Positions 1-10,541 of a DNA stretch of 64,000 nucleotides are shown here, in pieces. The translations under genes were made by a program, and so were the position numbers. The stretch lies in the NCBI RefSeq assembly GCF_024700885.2, contig NZ_CP117016.1. One strand, 5' to 3'. Within the stretch, counting starts at the first letter, position 1, and the number at the start of each line of letters is the position of its first letter. This DNA is from Escherichia coli (lineage in GTDB: Bacteria > Pseudomonadota > Gammaproteobacteria > Enterobacterales > Enterobacteriaceae). A model generated the notes under the pieces. That model was not told the origin of the DNA. It saw only the letters and a list, made by a program, of their open reading frames with translations, and did no database searches.

Positions 1-376
1 AACTTTACCGACAACTCTGCACATTTCTCGGTACAGTTCATCCTCTTTTGTCCGATTTCCCATTCTTTATACCTATTTATCATGCCAACTATCAGCATAT
101 ATCAATCTAACCAATTAGACAAAAATCAAACAAAATCAGACAAATAACGCGATAAATTATTTTAACTGTAGCAATTGAGCGATGATGTATTTATACACCG
201 GATGAACTTTCACTTATCTTCACAGTGACAACCCCGGCACCAGACGTTGCGCAAACAGCGAAGTTTTTGCGTAACCTTTTCCCTGGAACGTTAAATCTTT
301 GATAACAATTTATTGTCTAACAAGTTGTATATTTTTTGAAACGCTGTTTTTGTTTTCCTTTTGGATTAATTTCAGC

Positions 377-412
377 GTATAATGCGCGCCAATTGACTCT
401 TGAATGGTTTCA
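377..412 (+). promoter_or_regulatory. putative pykF promoter -10 (TATAAT 377-382) and Cra/FruR-like site TGAATGGTTTCA (401-412)
   Basis: TATAAT hexamer and a TGAA-N4-TTCA near-palindrome sit upstream of pykF; pykF is known to be Cra-repressed. Positions read from sequence, site assignment inferred. Confidence 0.3.
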
Positions 413-619
413 GCACTTTGGACTGTAGAACTCAACGACTCAAAAACAGGCACTCACGTTGGGCTGAGACACAAGCACACATTCCTCTGCACGCTTTTTC
501 GATGTCACCTATCCTTAGAGCGAGGCACCACCACTTTCGTAATACCGGATTCGCTTTCCGGCAGTGCGCCCAGAAAGCAAGTTTCTCCCATCCTTCTCAA
601 CTTAAAGACTAAGACTGTC

Positions 620-2032
620 ATGAAAAAGACCAAAATTGTTTGCACCATCGGACCGAAAACCGAATCTGAAGAGATGTTAGCTAAAATGCTGGACGCTGGC
701 ATGAACGTTATGCGTCTGAACTTCTCTCATGGTGACTATGCAGAACACGGTCAGCGCATTCAGAATCTGCGCAACGTGATGAGCAAAACTGGTAAAACCG
801 CCGCTATCCTGCTTGATACCAAAGGTCCGGAAATCCGCACCATGAAACTGGAAGGCGGTAACGACGTTTCTCTGAAAGCGGGTCAGACCTTTACTTTCAC
901 CACTGATAAATCTGTTATCGGCAACAGCGAAATGGTTGCGGTAACGTATGAAGGTTTCACTACTGACCTGTCTGTTGGCAACACCGTACTGGTTGACGAT
1001 GGTCTCATCGGTATGGAAGTTACCGCCATTGAAGGTAACAAAGTTATCTGTAAAGTACTGAACAACGGCGACCTGGGTGAAAACAAAGGTGTGAACCTGC
1101 CTGGCGTTTCCATTGCCCTGCCAGCACTGGCTGAAAAAGACAAACAGGACCTGATCTTTGGTTGCGAACAAGGCGTAGACTTTGTTGCTGCTTCCTTTAT
1201 TCGTAAGCGTTCTGACGTTATCGAAATCCGTGAGCACCTGAAAGCGCACGGCGGCGAAAACATCCACATCATCTCCAAAATCGAAAACCAGGAAGGCCTC
1301 AACAACTTCGACGAAATCCTCGAAGCCTCTGACGGCATCATGGTTGCGCGTGGCGACCTGGGTGTAGAAATCCCAGTAGAAGAAGTTATCTTCGCCCAGA
1401 AGATGATGATCGAAAAATGTATCCGTGCACGTAAAGTCGTTATCACTGCGACCCAGATGCTGGATTCCATGATCAAAAACCCACGCCCGACTCGCGCAGA
1501 AGCCGGTGACGTTGCAAACGCCATTCTCGACGGTACTGACGCAGTGATGCTGTCTGGTGAATCCGCAAAAGGTAAATACCCGCTGGAAGCGGTTTCTATC
1601 ATGGCGACCATCTGCGAACGTACCGACCGCGTGATGAACAGCCGTCTCGAGTTCAACAATGACAACCGTAAACTGCGCATTACCGAAGCGGTATGCCGTG
1701 GTGCCGTTGAAACTGCTGAAAAACTGGATGCTCCGCTGATCGTGGTTGCTACCCAGGGCGGTAAATCTGCTCGCGCAGTACGTAAATACTTCCCGGATGC
1801 CACCATCCTGGCACTGACCACCAACGAAAAAACGGCTCATCAGTTGGTACTGAGCAAAGGCGTTGTGCCGCAGCTGGTTAAAGAGATCACTTCTACTGAT
1901 GATTTCTACCGTCTGGGTAAAGAACTGGCTCTGCAGAGCGGTCTGGCACACAAAGGTGACGTCGTAGTTATGGTTTCTGGTGCACTGGTACCGAGCGGCA
2001 CTACTAACACCGCATCTGTTCACGTCCTGTAA
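620..2032 (+). CDS. pykF: pyruvate kinase I
   Basis: 470-aa ORF starting [38 protein letters not shown]; full-length match by recall to E. coli PykF. Start moved to the internal ATG at 620. Confidence 0.93.
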
Positions 2033-2063
2033 TATTGCTTTTGTGAATTAATTTGTATATCGA

Positions 2064-2088
2064 AGCGCCCTGATGGGCGCTTTTTTTA
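2064..2088 (+). terminator. rho-independent terminator after pykF
   Basis: GC hairpin AGCGCCC-TGAT-GGGCGCT followed by a T7 run. Confidence 0.6.
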
Positions 2089-2330
2089 TTTAATCGATAA
2101 CCAGAAGCAATAAAAAATCAAATCGGATTTCACTATATAATCTCACTTTATCTAAGATGAATCCGATGGAAGCATCCTGTTTTCTCTCAATTTTTTTATC
2201 TAAAACCCAGCGTTCGATGCTTCTTTGAGCGAACGATCAAAAATAAGTGCCTTCCCATCAAAAAAATATTCTCAACATAAAAAACTTTGTGTAATACTTG
2301 TAACGCTACATGGAGATTAACTCAATCTAG

Positions 2331-2579
<249 letters not shown>

Positions 2580-2597
2580 TAGTACCTGTGAAGTGAA

Positions 2598-2627
2598 AAA
2601 TGGCGCACATTGTGCGCCATTTTTTTT
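2598..2627 (+). terminator. rho-independent terminator after lpp
   Basis: Hairpin ATGGCGCACA/TTGTGCGCCAT followed by a T8 run. Confidence 0.7.
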
Positions 2628-2642
2628 GCCTGCCATTTACCG

Positions 2643-3647
2643 CTACTGAGTCGCGCGTAACATATTCCCTTGCACTGGTTCACCATTCTGCGCTGACTCT
2701 ACTGAAGGCGCATTGCTGGCTGCGGGAGTTGCTCCACTGCTCACCGAAACCGGATACCCTGCCCGACGATACAACGCTTTATCGACTAATTTCTGATCTA
2801 CACCCTTATTGTCTTTAAATTGCGTAAAGCCTGCTGGCAGTGTGTATGGCATTGTCTGAACGTTCTGCTGTTCTTCTGCCGATAGTGGTCGATGTACTTC
2901 AACATAACGCATCCCGTTCGGTTCCACGGAATATTTCACCGGTTCGTTGATCACTTTCACCGGCGTTCCCGTCCGCACGCTGGAGAACAAGGCTTTAATA
3001 TCCGGCGCATTCATGCGAATACAGCCCGAACTGACGCGCAAACCGACGCTGTCCGGCGCACTGGTGCCATGAATGAGGTATTCGCCATTACCATGCGCGA
3101 GGCGCAGTGCGTAACGTCCTAGTGGGTTATTTGGCCCGGCAGGAACGACTGGCGGTAATTTAATGCCACGCTCCAGCGAACGCTGACGAATGCCCGCCGT
3201 AGGCGTCCAGGTTGGGTTAGGGATTTTCTGCCCCACACGCGTTTCCATCACTGGCGTTTCCAGCCCCTGCAAACCAATACCTATCGGATAGACCTGCACG
3301 ATATTTTCTCCCGGCGGATAATAATAAAGGCGCAGCTCTGCAAGGTTAACGATAATCCCCTGACGCGGCGCATCAGGTAATAACAGTTGCGAAGGAATAG
3401 TTATCGTCGTACCAGGTTTTGGCACCGGGGCGATAGTGTTATTGGCTTCAAGGATCAACATTGCCGCAGTATCAAAACGACGGGCAATAGCCTGAAGGTT
3501 TTTATCCCCTTCTTGCACCGTATACGTTTGATTTTGCCCAACCAGTCGGCTTCCGGTTGGAGGTAGCGGATAATCAACCGCCCAGGCAGCCTGGATGGCG
3601 CTAAAAGCGCCGATAAGCGTGAGTGTAAGCAAAGACGCGCGTTTCAT
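2643..3647 (-). CDS. ldtE: L,D-transpeptidase (YkuD domain)
   Basis: 334-aa ORF with signal peptide and a C-terminal LD-transpeptidase catalytic region (HGT...SSGCIRM); K-12 synteny (ynhG/ldtE next to the suf operon). Confidence 0.88.
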   Translation of the reverse strand: MKRASLLTLTLIGAFSAIQAAWAVDYPLPPTGSRLVGQNQTYTVQEGDKNLQAIARRFDTAAMLILEANNTIAPVPKPGTTITIPSQLLLPDAPRQGIIVNLAELRLYYYPPGENIVQVYPIGIGLQGLETPVMETRVGQKIPNPTWTPTAGIRQRSLERGIKLPPVVPAGPNNPLGRYALRLAHGNGEYLIHGTSAPDSVGLRVSSGCIRMNAPDIKALFSSVRTGTPVKVINEPVKYSVEPNGMRYVEVHRPLSAEEQQNVQTMPYTLPAGFTQFKDNKGVDQKLVDKALYRRAGYPVSVSSGATPAASNAPSVESAQNGEPVQGNMLRATQ

Positions 3648-3795
3648 TGTAAACCTCCTGTATTTGCCGGAGACTCACGCTGAAACGTCGGATGGTACTT
3701 ATGTTCACCTGAAACCAAAACACTCCTGTGCAGGTCAGTGTAAACATTGACCATCCGGCAATGTGAGCCAACCGGATGAAAGCTGTCCCTTTAGT

Positions 3796-4212
3796 TTAGC
3801 TAAGTGCAGCGGCTTTGGCGCGAATTGCGCGAATCATCGCTTCCAGACCTTGTGAACGAGATGGGGTGAGATGTTGGGTCAGCGCCATTTTTTCAAACCA
3901 CGGACGCACATCGAAATTGACAATATCCTGCGGCGTCATCTGATCGTAGAGAATAAAGACGACCGCAATAAGCCCTTTCACAATCGCCGCATCGCTGTCG
4001 CCCTGCAATTCAATAATTCCCTGCGCATTCTGGCGCATGACAATCCACACCTGACTCTGGCAGCCCTGAATGCTATTTTGTGAGCTTCTGTCTTCGGCGC
4101 GTAATTCTGGCAGACGCTGGCCCAGCTCAATAATGTAGAGATATTTCTCTTCCCAGTTGGCGCAGCGTAAAAAATTACGCAGCAATTTTTCTTTATCCGG
4201 CAATAAAGCCAT
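3796..4212 (-). CDS. sufE: cysteine desulfuration sulfur acceptor SufE
   Basis: 138-aa ORF; last gene of the suf operon; matches SufE by recall. Confidence 0.9.
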   Translation of the reverse strand: MALLPDKEKLLRNFLRCANWEEKYLYIIELGQRLPELRAEDRSSQNSIQGCQSQVWIVMRQNAQGIIELQGDSDAAIVKGLIAVVFILYDQMTPQDIVNFDVRPWFEKMALTQHLTPSRSQGLEAMIRAIRAKAAALS

Positions 4213-4224
4213 AGTGCCTCCCTG

Positions 4225-5445
4225 TTATCCCAGCAGACGGTGAATACGTTGCAGGCCGGTCACCAGACGATCCACTTCTTCATGGGTGTTATACATGGCC
4301 AGCGACGCCCGACACATCGCAGGAACGTTGTAATAGGCCATTAATGGCATAGCGCAGTGATGTCCGGTACGCACAGCAATGCCGTAATTATCGAGAAAAC
4401 TGCCAACATCATAGGCGTGGTGTTTACCAAGATTAAAAGCAATAACGCCAAGTCTGTTCTGGGGACCATAGAGTGTGAGATCCGGTACAGATTCCAGCTG
4501 TGATAGCGCGTAGTGCATCAGATTTTGTTCATACTCGGCTATATTATTAAGCCCCAGCGCCGACACATACTCCAGCGCCGCGCCAAGACCAATGATGCCC
4601 CCGGTATTGGGTGTACCGGCTTCAAACCGCCACGGTGCTTTGGTCCAGGTAGTGCCTTCACTCAGGCTGACGGTGGCGATCATAGAACCGCCCCCTTCCC
4701 ACGGCGGCATCTCCTGCAACAAGGCTTCTTTGACATAAAGAATGCCAATCCCAGTGGGGCCATACAGTTTATGCCCGGAGAACACGTAAAAATCGCAATC
4801 CAGCGCCTGAACGTCCACCGGATGATGCATCACCGCCTGAGCGCCATCCACCAGTACTTTTGCGCCATGCTGGTGCGCAAGCGTGATCATTTCCGCCAGC
4901 GGATTTTCCGTTCCCAGCACGTTGGAGACATGAGTAATTGCCAGCAGGCGAGTTTTCTCATCGAACAGATTAGGTAGCATCTCCAGTTGCAGCGTACCGT
5001 CGGGGTTGAGCGGGATCACACGCAGCTCTGCGCCAACGCGTGCGCAAAGCATCTGCCAGGGGACAATGTTAGCGTGGTGCTCCATCTGACTGATGATGAT
5101 GTTATCGCCCGCCCGCACATTGCTGTTACCCCAGCTATTGGCGACCAGATTGATCCCTTCCGTCGTGCCGCGGACGAACACCAGCTCTTCCGCCGAACGG
5201 GCATTAATAAACAGCGATGCCCGCTTGCGCACGTTCTCCATTTTCTCGGTCGCCTGGGCGCTTAAGGTATGAATACCGCGATGCACCGCGGCGTAGCCGT
5301 GACGATAAAACTCGGCCTCGGCGTCAATTACCTGGCTCGGTTTCTGCGCACTGGCGGCGCTGTCGAGATAAGCCAGCGGCAAACCGTTTACCTCACGAGA
5401 AAGCACCGGAAAGTCGGCCCGCACTTTGTCGACGGAAAAAGTCAT
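4225..5445 (-). CDS. sufS: cysteine desulfurase SufS (PLP-dependent)
   Basis: 406-aa ORF with a class-V aminotransferase signature ([10 protein letters not shown]) and the active-site Cys region (RTGHHCA). Confidence 0.92.
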
Positions 5446-6713
5446 CTTGCACCTCCTGGCAGTCGTTGACCGATTCGGGCCAGCACCTGCTGTTTAAGAC
5501 CCTCATCACGCAGTGCTTCCGTCAGTTCGGCAGCGAAGGCGTAAATGATCATCTGCTGGGCATCCTGCTGATTGATCCCGCGCGAGCGCAGATAGAACAT
5601 CTGTTCATCATCAATACGCCCCACCGTCGCGCCGTGGCTGCATTTCACATCATCTGCATAGATCTCCAGCTGCGGTTTCGTATCCACCTCCGCCAGTTTG
5701 CCCATCAGCAGATTATTGTTGGTCATCTGACCATCCGTTTTGATGGCGTGCTGCGCGACGTTGATCAGACCGTTAAACACCGCACGGCCTTTGTCGCTGA
5801 CGATAGTTTTGTGCAACTGTCGGCTGTTACAAAAACCTTTATTGTGTTCCAGCCATGTACGGGTATCACACACCTCGTTTTTCACCGGCATCGCCAGGCT
5901 ATTGATCCGCAGCGTGCTGTTTTCGCCATTGAGTTGCGTACTGGTGTTGTGTCGTAACACTGCGCCACCCAGCAGGAAACTGTGGCTAAATGCGGTGGCA
6001 TCGTCAGCCAGCAACAAATCGTTATGGGCAAAGTGGTGACTGAGCGGGTTTTCAAACGCCAGCTTGATATGCTGCAAGTGGGCGTTCGCTGCGATATTGA
6101 TAGTGAACCGTGCCCCGGTAAAATGACGAGCATCATTAAGGCTGACAAAATGTTCGATCACCGTTGCTTCGGCACCTTCCGCCAGATCCAGATGATGTCG
6201 GTAATGGGCAGTGTTGACCTCTTCACCTGCCACGCCCTGGGTAATATGCATTAACAGCAATGGCTTTGCCGGCCGTTGACCGCGCTTCACGGCGATATGC
6301 GTCACGCTTTGCGCCAGGCTTTCCGTCAAATGCAGAAACACTTCCGCCTGAATAGCGTCGGGTAACCCCTGGCGGTCATCGTTAATGCTCACTTCATACC
6401 CGCTGCCTTCAGTCGCATCGCTCAGTGCTGACACGTAACGTCCATCGACAAATACCAGCCGCACAGCGTCTAACGTTAACGCTAAGGCATCTCGCTGCTG
6501 TGGGGATATCTCTCCCGCAATGCAGACAAACTGGCTATTGGTCAGCCCTTCCAGCGGCGTATATTTCCAGTTTTCATGTTTACGTGTCGGCAGTCCGGTA
6601 CGCAGCAATTGTTGTAAATGCTGCTGTGCTTGCGGTGAGCGTTTTGTCCCTTCAGCTTCAAACAAGTGATGCCACTGTTGCAGCGCGTTACTGCTGTTCG
6701 GTAAGCCAGCCAT
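5442..6713 (-). CDS. sufD: Fe-S cluster assembly protein SufD
   Basis: 423-aa ORF overlapping sufS by 4 nt; suf operon synteny. Confidence 0.9.
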
Positions 6714-7434
6714 AACCCTGCTCCTCCAGTTGTTTGACCAACGTGAAATCGCCGGATTTCACAATTCGTCCCTGATATAGTACATGGACGTAATCAGGCT
6801 TGATGTAGTCGAGAATGCGTTGGTAGTGCGTAACAATGATGAATGAGCGCTTGCCGTCACGCAGCGAGTTCACGCCATCGGCAACCACTTTTAATGCGTC
6901 AATATCCAGCCCGGAGTCCGACTCATCAAGAATGCATAACTCCGGTTCCAGCACCGCCATTTGCAAAATATCGTTGCGCTTTTTCTCGCCGCCGGAAAAA
7001 CCAACGTTTACCGAACGGGTTAATAAATCCTCCGGCATCTTCAGGAGAGCGATTTTCTCTTCCATCAAATCCTGAAAATCAAAGCGGTCGAGCGTTTCCT
7101 GGCCGCGATAGCTGCGCACCGCATTAAGTGCCGTTTGCAGGAAAAACTGGTTACTGACGCCGGGAATTTCCACCGGATACTGGAAGGCCATAAAGATGCC
7201 TTCACCTGCACGATCTTCCGGCGACAGCGCAAGCAAATCTTTGCCTTTGAACTCAACCGTGCCGCCCGTCACCTCATAATCTTCTCGCCCGGCAAGCGTT
7301 GCCGATAAGGTACTTTTGCCAGAACCGTTTGGCCCCATAATGGCGTGAACTTCGCCGGGACGAACGTCGAGGCTTAATCCACGCAGGATAGCTTTATCTT
7401 CCACGCTGACGTGTAAATCTTTAATACTTAACAT
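6688..7434 (-). CDS. sufC: Fe-S cluster assembly ATPase SufC
   Basis: 248-aa ORF with Walker A GPNGSGKST and ABC signature FSGGEKKR. Confidence 0.92.
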   Translation of the reverse strand: MLSIKDLHVSVEDKAILRGLSLDVRPGEVHAIMGPNGSGKSTLSATLAGREDYEVTGGTVEFKGKDLLALSPEDRAGEGIFMAFQYPVEIPGVSNQFFLQTALNAVRSYRGQETLDRFDFQDLMEEKIALLKMPEDLLTRSVNVGFSGGEKKRNDILQMAVLEPELCILDESDSGLDIDALKVVADGVNSLRDGKRSFIIVTHYQRILDYIKPDYVHVLYQGRIVKSGDFTLVKQLEEQGYGWLTEQQ

Positions 7435-7443
7435 GTTTATTCC

Positions 7444-8931
7444 TTATCCGACGCTGTGTTCAAGACTGATGGCGAGGAGTTTTTGTGCTTCAACGGCAAA
7501 TTCCAGCGGCAGTTCTGAGAACACGTCTTTGCAGAAACCGTTAACAATCATCGAGATGGCGTCTTCTTCGCTGATCCCGCGTTGCAGGCAGTAAAACAGT
7601 TGATCTTCACCAATACGTGATGTCGTTGCCTCGTGCTCCAGTTGTGCGCTGTTATTGCGACATTCGACATACGGGAAGGTATGCGCCCCACAATTAGCGC
7701 CAATCAGCATTGAGTCGCACTGAGTGAAATTGCGCGCATTGGTTGCCGTCGGCATGATTTTCACTAAGCCGCGATAACTGTTCTGACTATGTCCGGCAGA
7801 GATCCCTTTCGAGATAATGGTCGATTTGGTGTTTTTACCGATGTGGATCATCTTGGTGCCGGTATCCGCTTGCTGATGACCGCTGGTCAGTGCCACTGAG
7901 TAAAACTCACCAATGGAGTTATCGCCGCGCAAAATGCAGCTGGGATATTTCCACGTAATCGCTGACCCGGTTTCTGATTGCGTCCATGACATTTTGCTGT
8001 TTTCGCCTTCGCACAAAGCACGCTTGGTGACGAAGTTGAGAATACCGCCGATGTTGTTATCGCCAGGGAACCAGTTTTGTACCGTGGAATATTTCACCTC
8101 GGCGTTTTTATGGATGATGACTTCCACCACCGCCGCGTGTAACTGATAGCTGTCACGCACCGGAGCGGAACAGCCTTCAATGTAGCTAACGTAGCTGTCT
8201 TCGTCGGCCACCAGAATGGTGCGCTCAAACTGCCCGGTTTTTTCCGCGTTAATACGAAAATAGGTGGAAAGTTCCATCGGGCAGCGCACGCCTTTAGGCA
8301 CATAAATAAACGTACCGTCAGAGGCTACCGCCGCATTAAGTGCGGCAAAGAAGTTGTCATTCCCCGGCACCACGGTGCCGAGATATTTACGCACCAGTTC
8401 CGGGTGATCGTGGATCGCCTCGCCAAAGGAACAGAAAATAATTCCCTGCTCCGCCAGTTTTTCGCGATAAGTGGTGGCAACCGAAACAGAGTCGAAAATG
8501 GCATCCACCGCCACCTCTTTGCCTTCCCGCACGGGAACGCCCAACTGCTCAAACGCCGCCTCCACCTCTTTACTTAAAAAGGCGTTCGCGCCAGTTTGCT
8601 GCACCGCGCCGGGTTCAGAGGCGCAGCTGTCGTCACAATTACCGCACGATGGTGCCGAATAGTAGCTGTAATCCTGATAATTCAGCTTGTCGTAGTGCGC
8701 TTTCAACCAGTGCGGTTCTTCCATCTCCAGCCATGCGCGATAGGCGTTGAGACGAAACTCCAGCATCCACTCCGGCTCATTACGCTTCGCCGAAATTGCG
8801 CGCACCACCTCTTCGTTTATCCCCTTTGCCAGCTCATCGGTGGCTAACTGGGTGAAGAATCCTTCTTTATAATTCAGCGGGCCGCCGGTCCAGGTTTTGA
8901 CATCGTCAGTTGCTTCAGTATTACGAGACAT
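7444..8931 (-). CDS. sufB: Fe-S cluster scaffold SufB
   Basis: 495-aa product when started at [10 protein letters not shown] (ORF-track start trimmed by 13 codons); suf operon synteny. Confidence 0.9.
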   Translation of the reverse strand: MSRNTEATDDVKTWTGGPLNYKEGFFTQLATDELAKGINEEVVRAISAKRNEPEWMLEFRLNAYRAWLEMEEPHWLKAHYDKLNYQDYSYYSAPSCGNCDDSCASEPGAVQQTGANAFLSKEVEAAFEQLGVPVREGKEVAVDAIFDSVSVATTYREKLAEQGIIFCSFGEAIHDHPELVRKYLGTVVPGNDNFFAALNAAVASDGTFIYVPKGVRCPMELSTYFRINAEKTGQFERTILVADEDSYVSYIEGCSAPVRDSYQLHAAVVEVIIHKNAEVKYSTVQNWFPGDNNIGGILNFVTKRALCEGENSKMSWTQSETGSAITWKYPSCILRGDNSIGEFYSVALTSGHQQADTGTKMIHIGKNTKSTIISKGISAGHSQNSYRGLVKIMPTATNARNFTQCDSMLIGANCGAHTFPYVECRNNSAQLEHEATTSRIGEDQLFYCLQRGISEEDAISMIVNGFCKDVFSELPLEFAVEAQKLLAISLEHSVG

Positions 8932-8939
8932 AGTACCGC

Positions 8940-9308
8940 CTATACCCCAAAGCTTTCGCCACAGCCACATTCATTCTGGGCTTTAGGGTTGTGAAATTTG
9001 AATATCTGATTAAGTCCTTCACGAACGAAATCGACTTCCGTGCCATCAATAAACGGCATCGCTTGCAGCGGGACAAACAGCTTCGCGCCATCGTGTTCAA
9101 ACAGCAGATCGTCTTTGTCCGGCTCGCTAACACTGTCGAGCACATAGCCAAAGCCCGCGCAGCCCGTTTGCTTCACGCCTAAGCGCACGCCGACCATACC
9201 CGGCTGCTTTGCCACCAGCTCGCGGATGTGGACAGCGGCTGCGGGTGTCAGCGTTAAGCCCTGCCAGGCGAAATCCTGTGGATTAAAGGTTCCTGAATGC
9301 ATGTCCAT
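8940..9308 (-). CDS. sufA: Fe-S cluster A-type carrier SufA
   Basis: 122-aa ORF with the C-terminal CGCGESF motif of A-type carriers. Confidence 0.9.
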   Translation of the reverse strand: MDMHSGTFNPQDFAWQGLTLTPAAAVHIRELVAKQPGMVGVRLGVKQTGCAGFGYVLDSVSEPDKDDLLFEHDGAKLFVPLQAMPFIDGTEVDFVREGLNQIFKFHNPKAQNECGCGESFGV

Positions 9309-9354
9309 CGATTTACCTCACTTTATCGCTTTCAGCGTATAACAGCATGTTAGT

Positions 9355-9367
9355 GATAATGATTATC
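9355..9367. promoter_or_regulatory. Fur-box-like site GATAATGATTATC in the suf promoter region
   Basis: Close to the Fur consensus GATAATGATAATCATTATC, directly upstream of sufA; the suf operon is known to be Fur-repressed. Confidence 0.5.
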
Positions 9368-9487
9368 AGTTCAACCCAGCAAACGCAGGGGCTTTACCGT
9401 AAAACATGCTTTTTTCCTGCTTTTAATAAGCATAGACCCTGATGTGTGGGTTAACAGGCACGCTAAGAATTAGGTATCTCATTGTTA

Positions 9488-9503
9488 GATAATGATTATT
9501 ATC
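9488..9503. promoter_or_regulatory. second Fur-box-like AT-rich palindrome GATAATGATTATTATC
   Basis: Sequence pattern only. Confidence 0.3.
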
Positions 9504-9842
9504 TAAGGAGCATTAAGGCTGTGATGAAAAAGAAAAAGTTGTATTGAAAATGACTATTTAAGAGATAGGTAAAAAAGTGCAGCGTTCAGAAATAAGAAAA
9601 CCCTAAGTCTGTGCGACACAGGCTTAAGGGTTTCTACCCCATCCGGCGCTTATCTCCGGCACTCTCAGTGGCTTAGCTCTTGAAGGGGCGATAAGAATAA
9701 TCTCATAAAGCTAACCCGCCGTTTTAACACAAACTGCGATTAGTATTATTTTTGAACAATATCAGGCGGGTAGATAAGCACATCGAACCTGGACGGAGGT
9801 TAATCCAGGTCGATTTGGCGAAATTACGGCATTAAGTCAGGA

Positions 9843-10031
9843 TCAATGCACGCCCAGACGCCAGGCAAAGTAGATTTCTTCTTTTAATTCAGCAGAAGAG
9901 AGAGTAAGCAGGTCAGCAAATTCAAGTTCTAGTTGTTTCAGACGTTTGAGATATTGGGCAGGTGAAAGATTGCTCTGGTCACGGCGTAAAAATTCAATGG
10001 CCAGCTGGGTGGGATCAAGTTGAGTAGACAT
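9843..10031 (-). CDS. ydiH: small conserved protein YdiH
   Basis: 62-aa product from the internal start MSTQLDPTQ; K-12 synteny. Confidence 0.7.
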   Translation of the reverse strand: MSTQLDPTQLAIEFLRRDQSNLSPAQYLKRLKQLELEFADLLTLSSAELKEEIYFAWRLGVH

Positions 10032-10130
10032 AGCATCCTCGCTTTTAGACAAGACCTGCACAGTATACCACCGTTTACTGTGCAGATAATGACCAAAAGC
10101 AATATGCGTCACACTTTTCTGGTGACAACG

Positions 10131-10541
10131 TCACAAAATGGCGGTCGTTAATCGTGACGAACAGCACAAACGCCCTTTCTCATCGAAGATTTCAATCTGC
10201 CAGACCTGGTGACGCGAACCGAGATGCAACGGTTTGCATACGCCGCGCACCCGCCCTTCTCGTGCCGAGCGGACGTGGTTAGCATTGATTTCCAGACCAA
10301 CCACCTTTTGCTCACCTTCGGTACATAAATAACCGGCAACGGAACCGATACTTTCGGCCAATACCACGGATGCCCCTCCATGCAGCAACCCGAAAGGCTG
10401 CTTTGTCCGCGAGTCTACTGGCATTGTCGCTTCAAGGGTGTCATCACCAATATGTTCAAAGCGAATATCCAGCAACCCCACCATGTTTCCTTCACCCATG
10501 GCATTCAGTGCTTCCAGGGTGATTTTTCGTTTCCATATCAT
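10131..10541 (-). CDS. menI: 1,4-dihydroxy-2-naphthoyl-CoA thioesterase (hotdog fold)
   Basis: 136-aa ORF; PaaI/YdiI hotdog-thioesterase-like; K-12 synteny (ydiI). Confidence 0.85.
   Translation of the reverse strand: MIWKRKITLEALNAMGEGNMVGLLDIRFEHIGDDTLEATMPVDSRTKQPFGLLHGGASVVLAESIGSVAGYLCTEGEQKVVGLEINANHVRSAREGRVRGVCKPLHLGSRHQVWQIEIFDEKGRLCCSSRLTTAIL

Noticed and set aside
677-2023. 448-aa and 313-aa minus-strand ORFs (677-2023, 883-1824) inside pykF
   Set aside because: Antisense to a well-supported conserved gene; their products are low-complexity and repetitive; typical shadow ORFs.
5217-5957. 246-aa plus-strand ORF across the sufS/sufD junction
   Set aside because: Antisense to the suf operon; Arg/Pro-rich translation typical of a GC-rich antisense frame.
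9505-9545. Tiny ORF (GTG ATG AAA AAG AAA AAG TTG TAT TGA) after an AAGGAG motif in the suf upstream region
   Set aside because: Only 7-8 codons and lysine-rich; more likely a chance ribosome-binding-like motif in an AT-rich regulatory region; cannot be supported as a gene.
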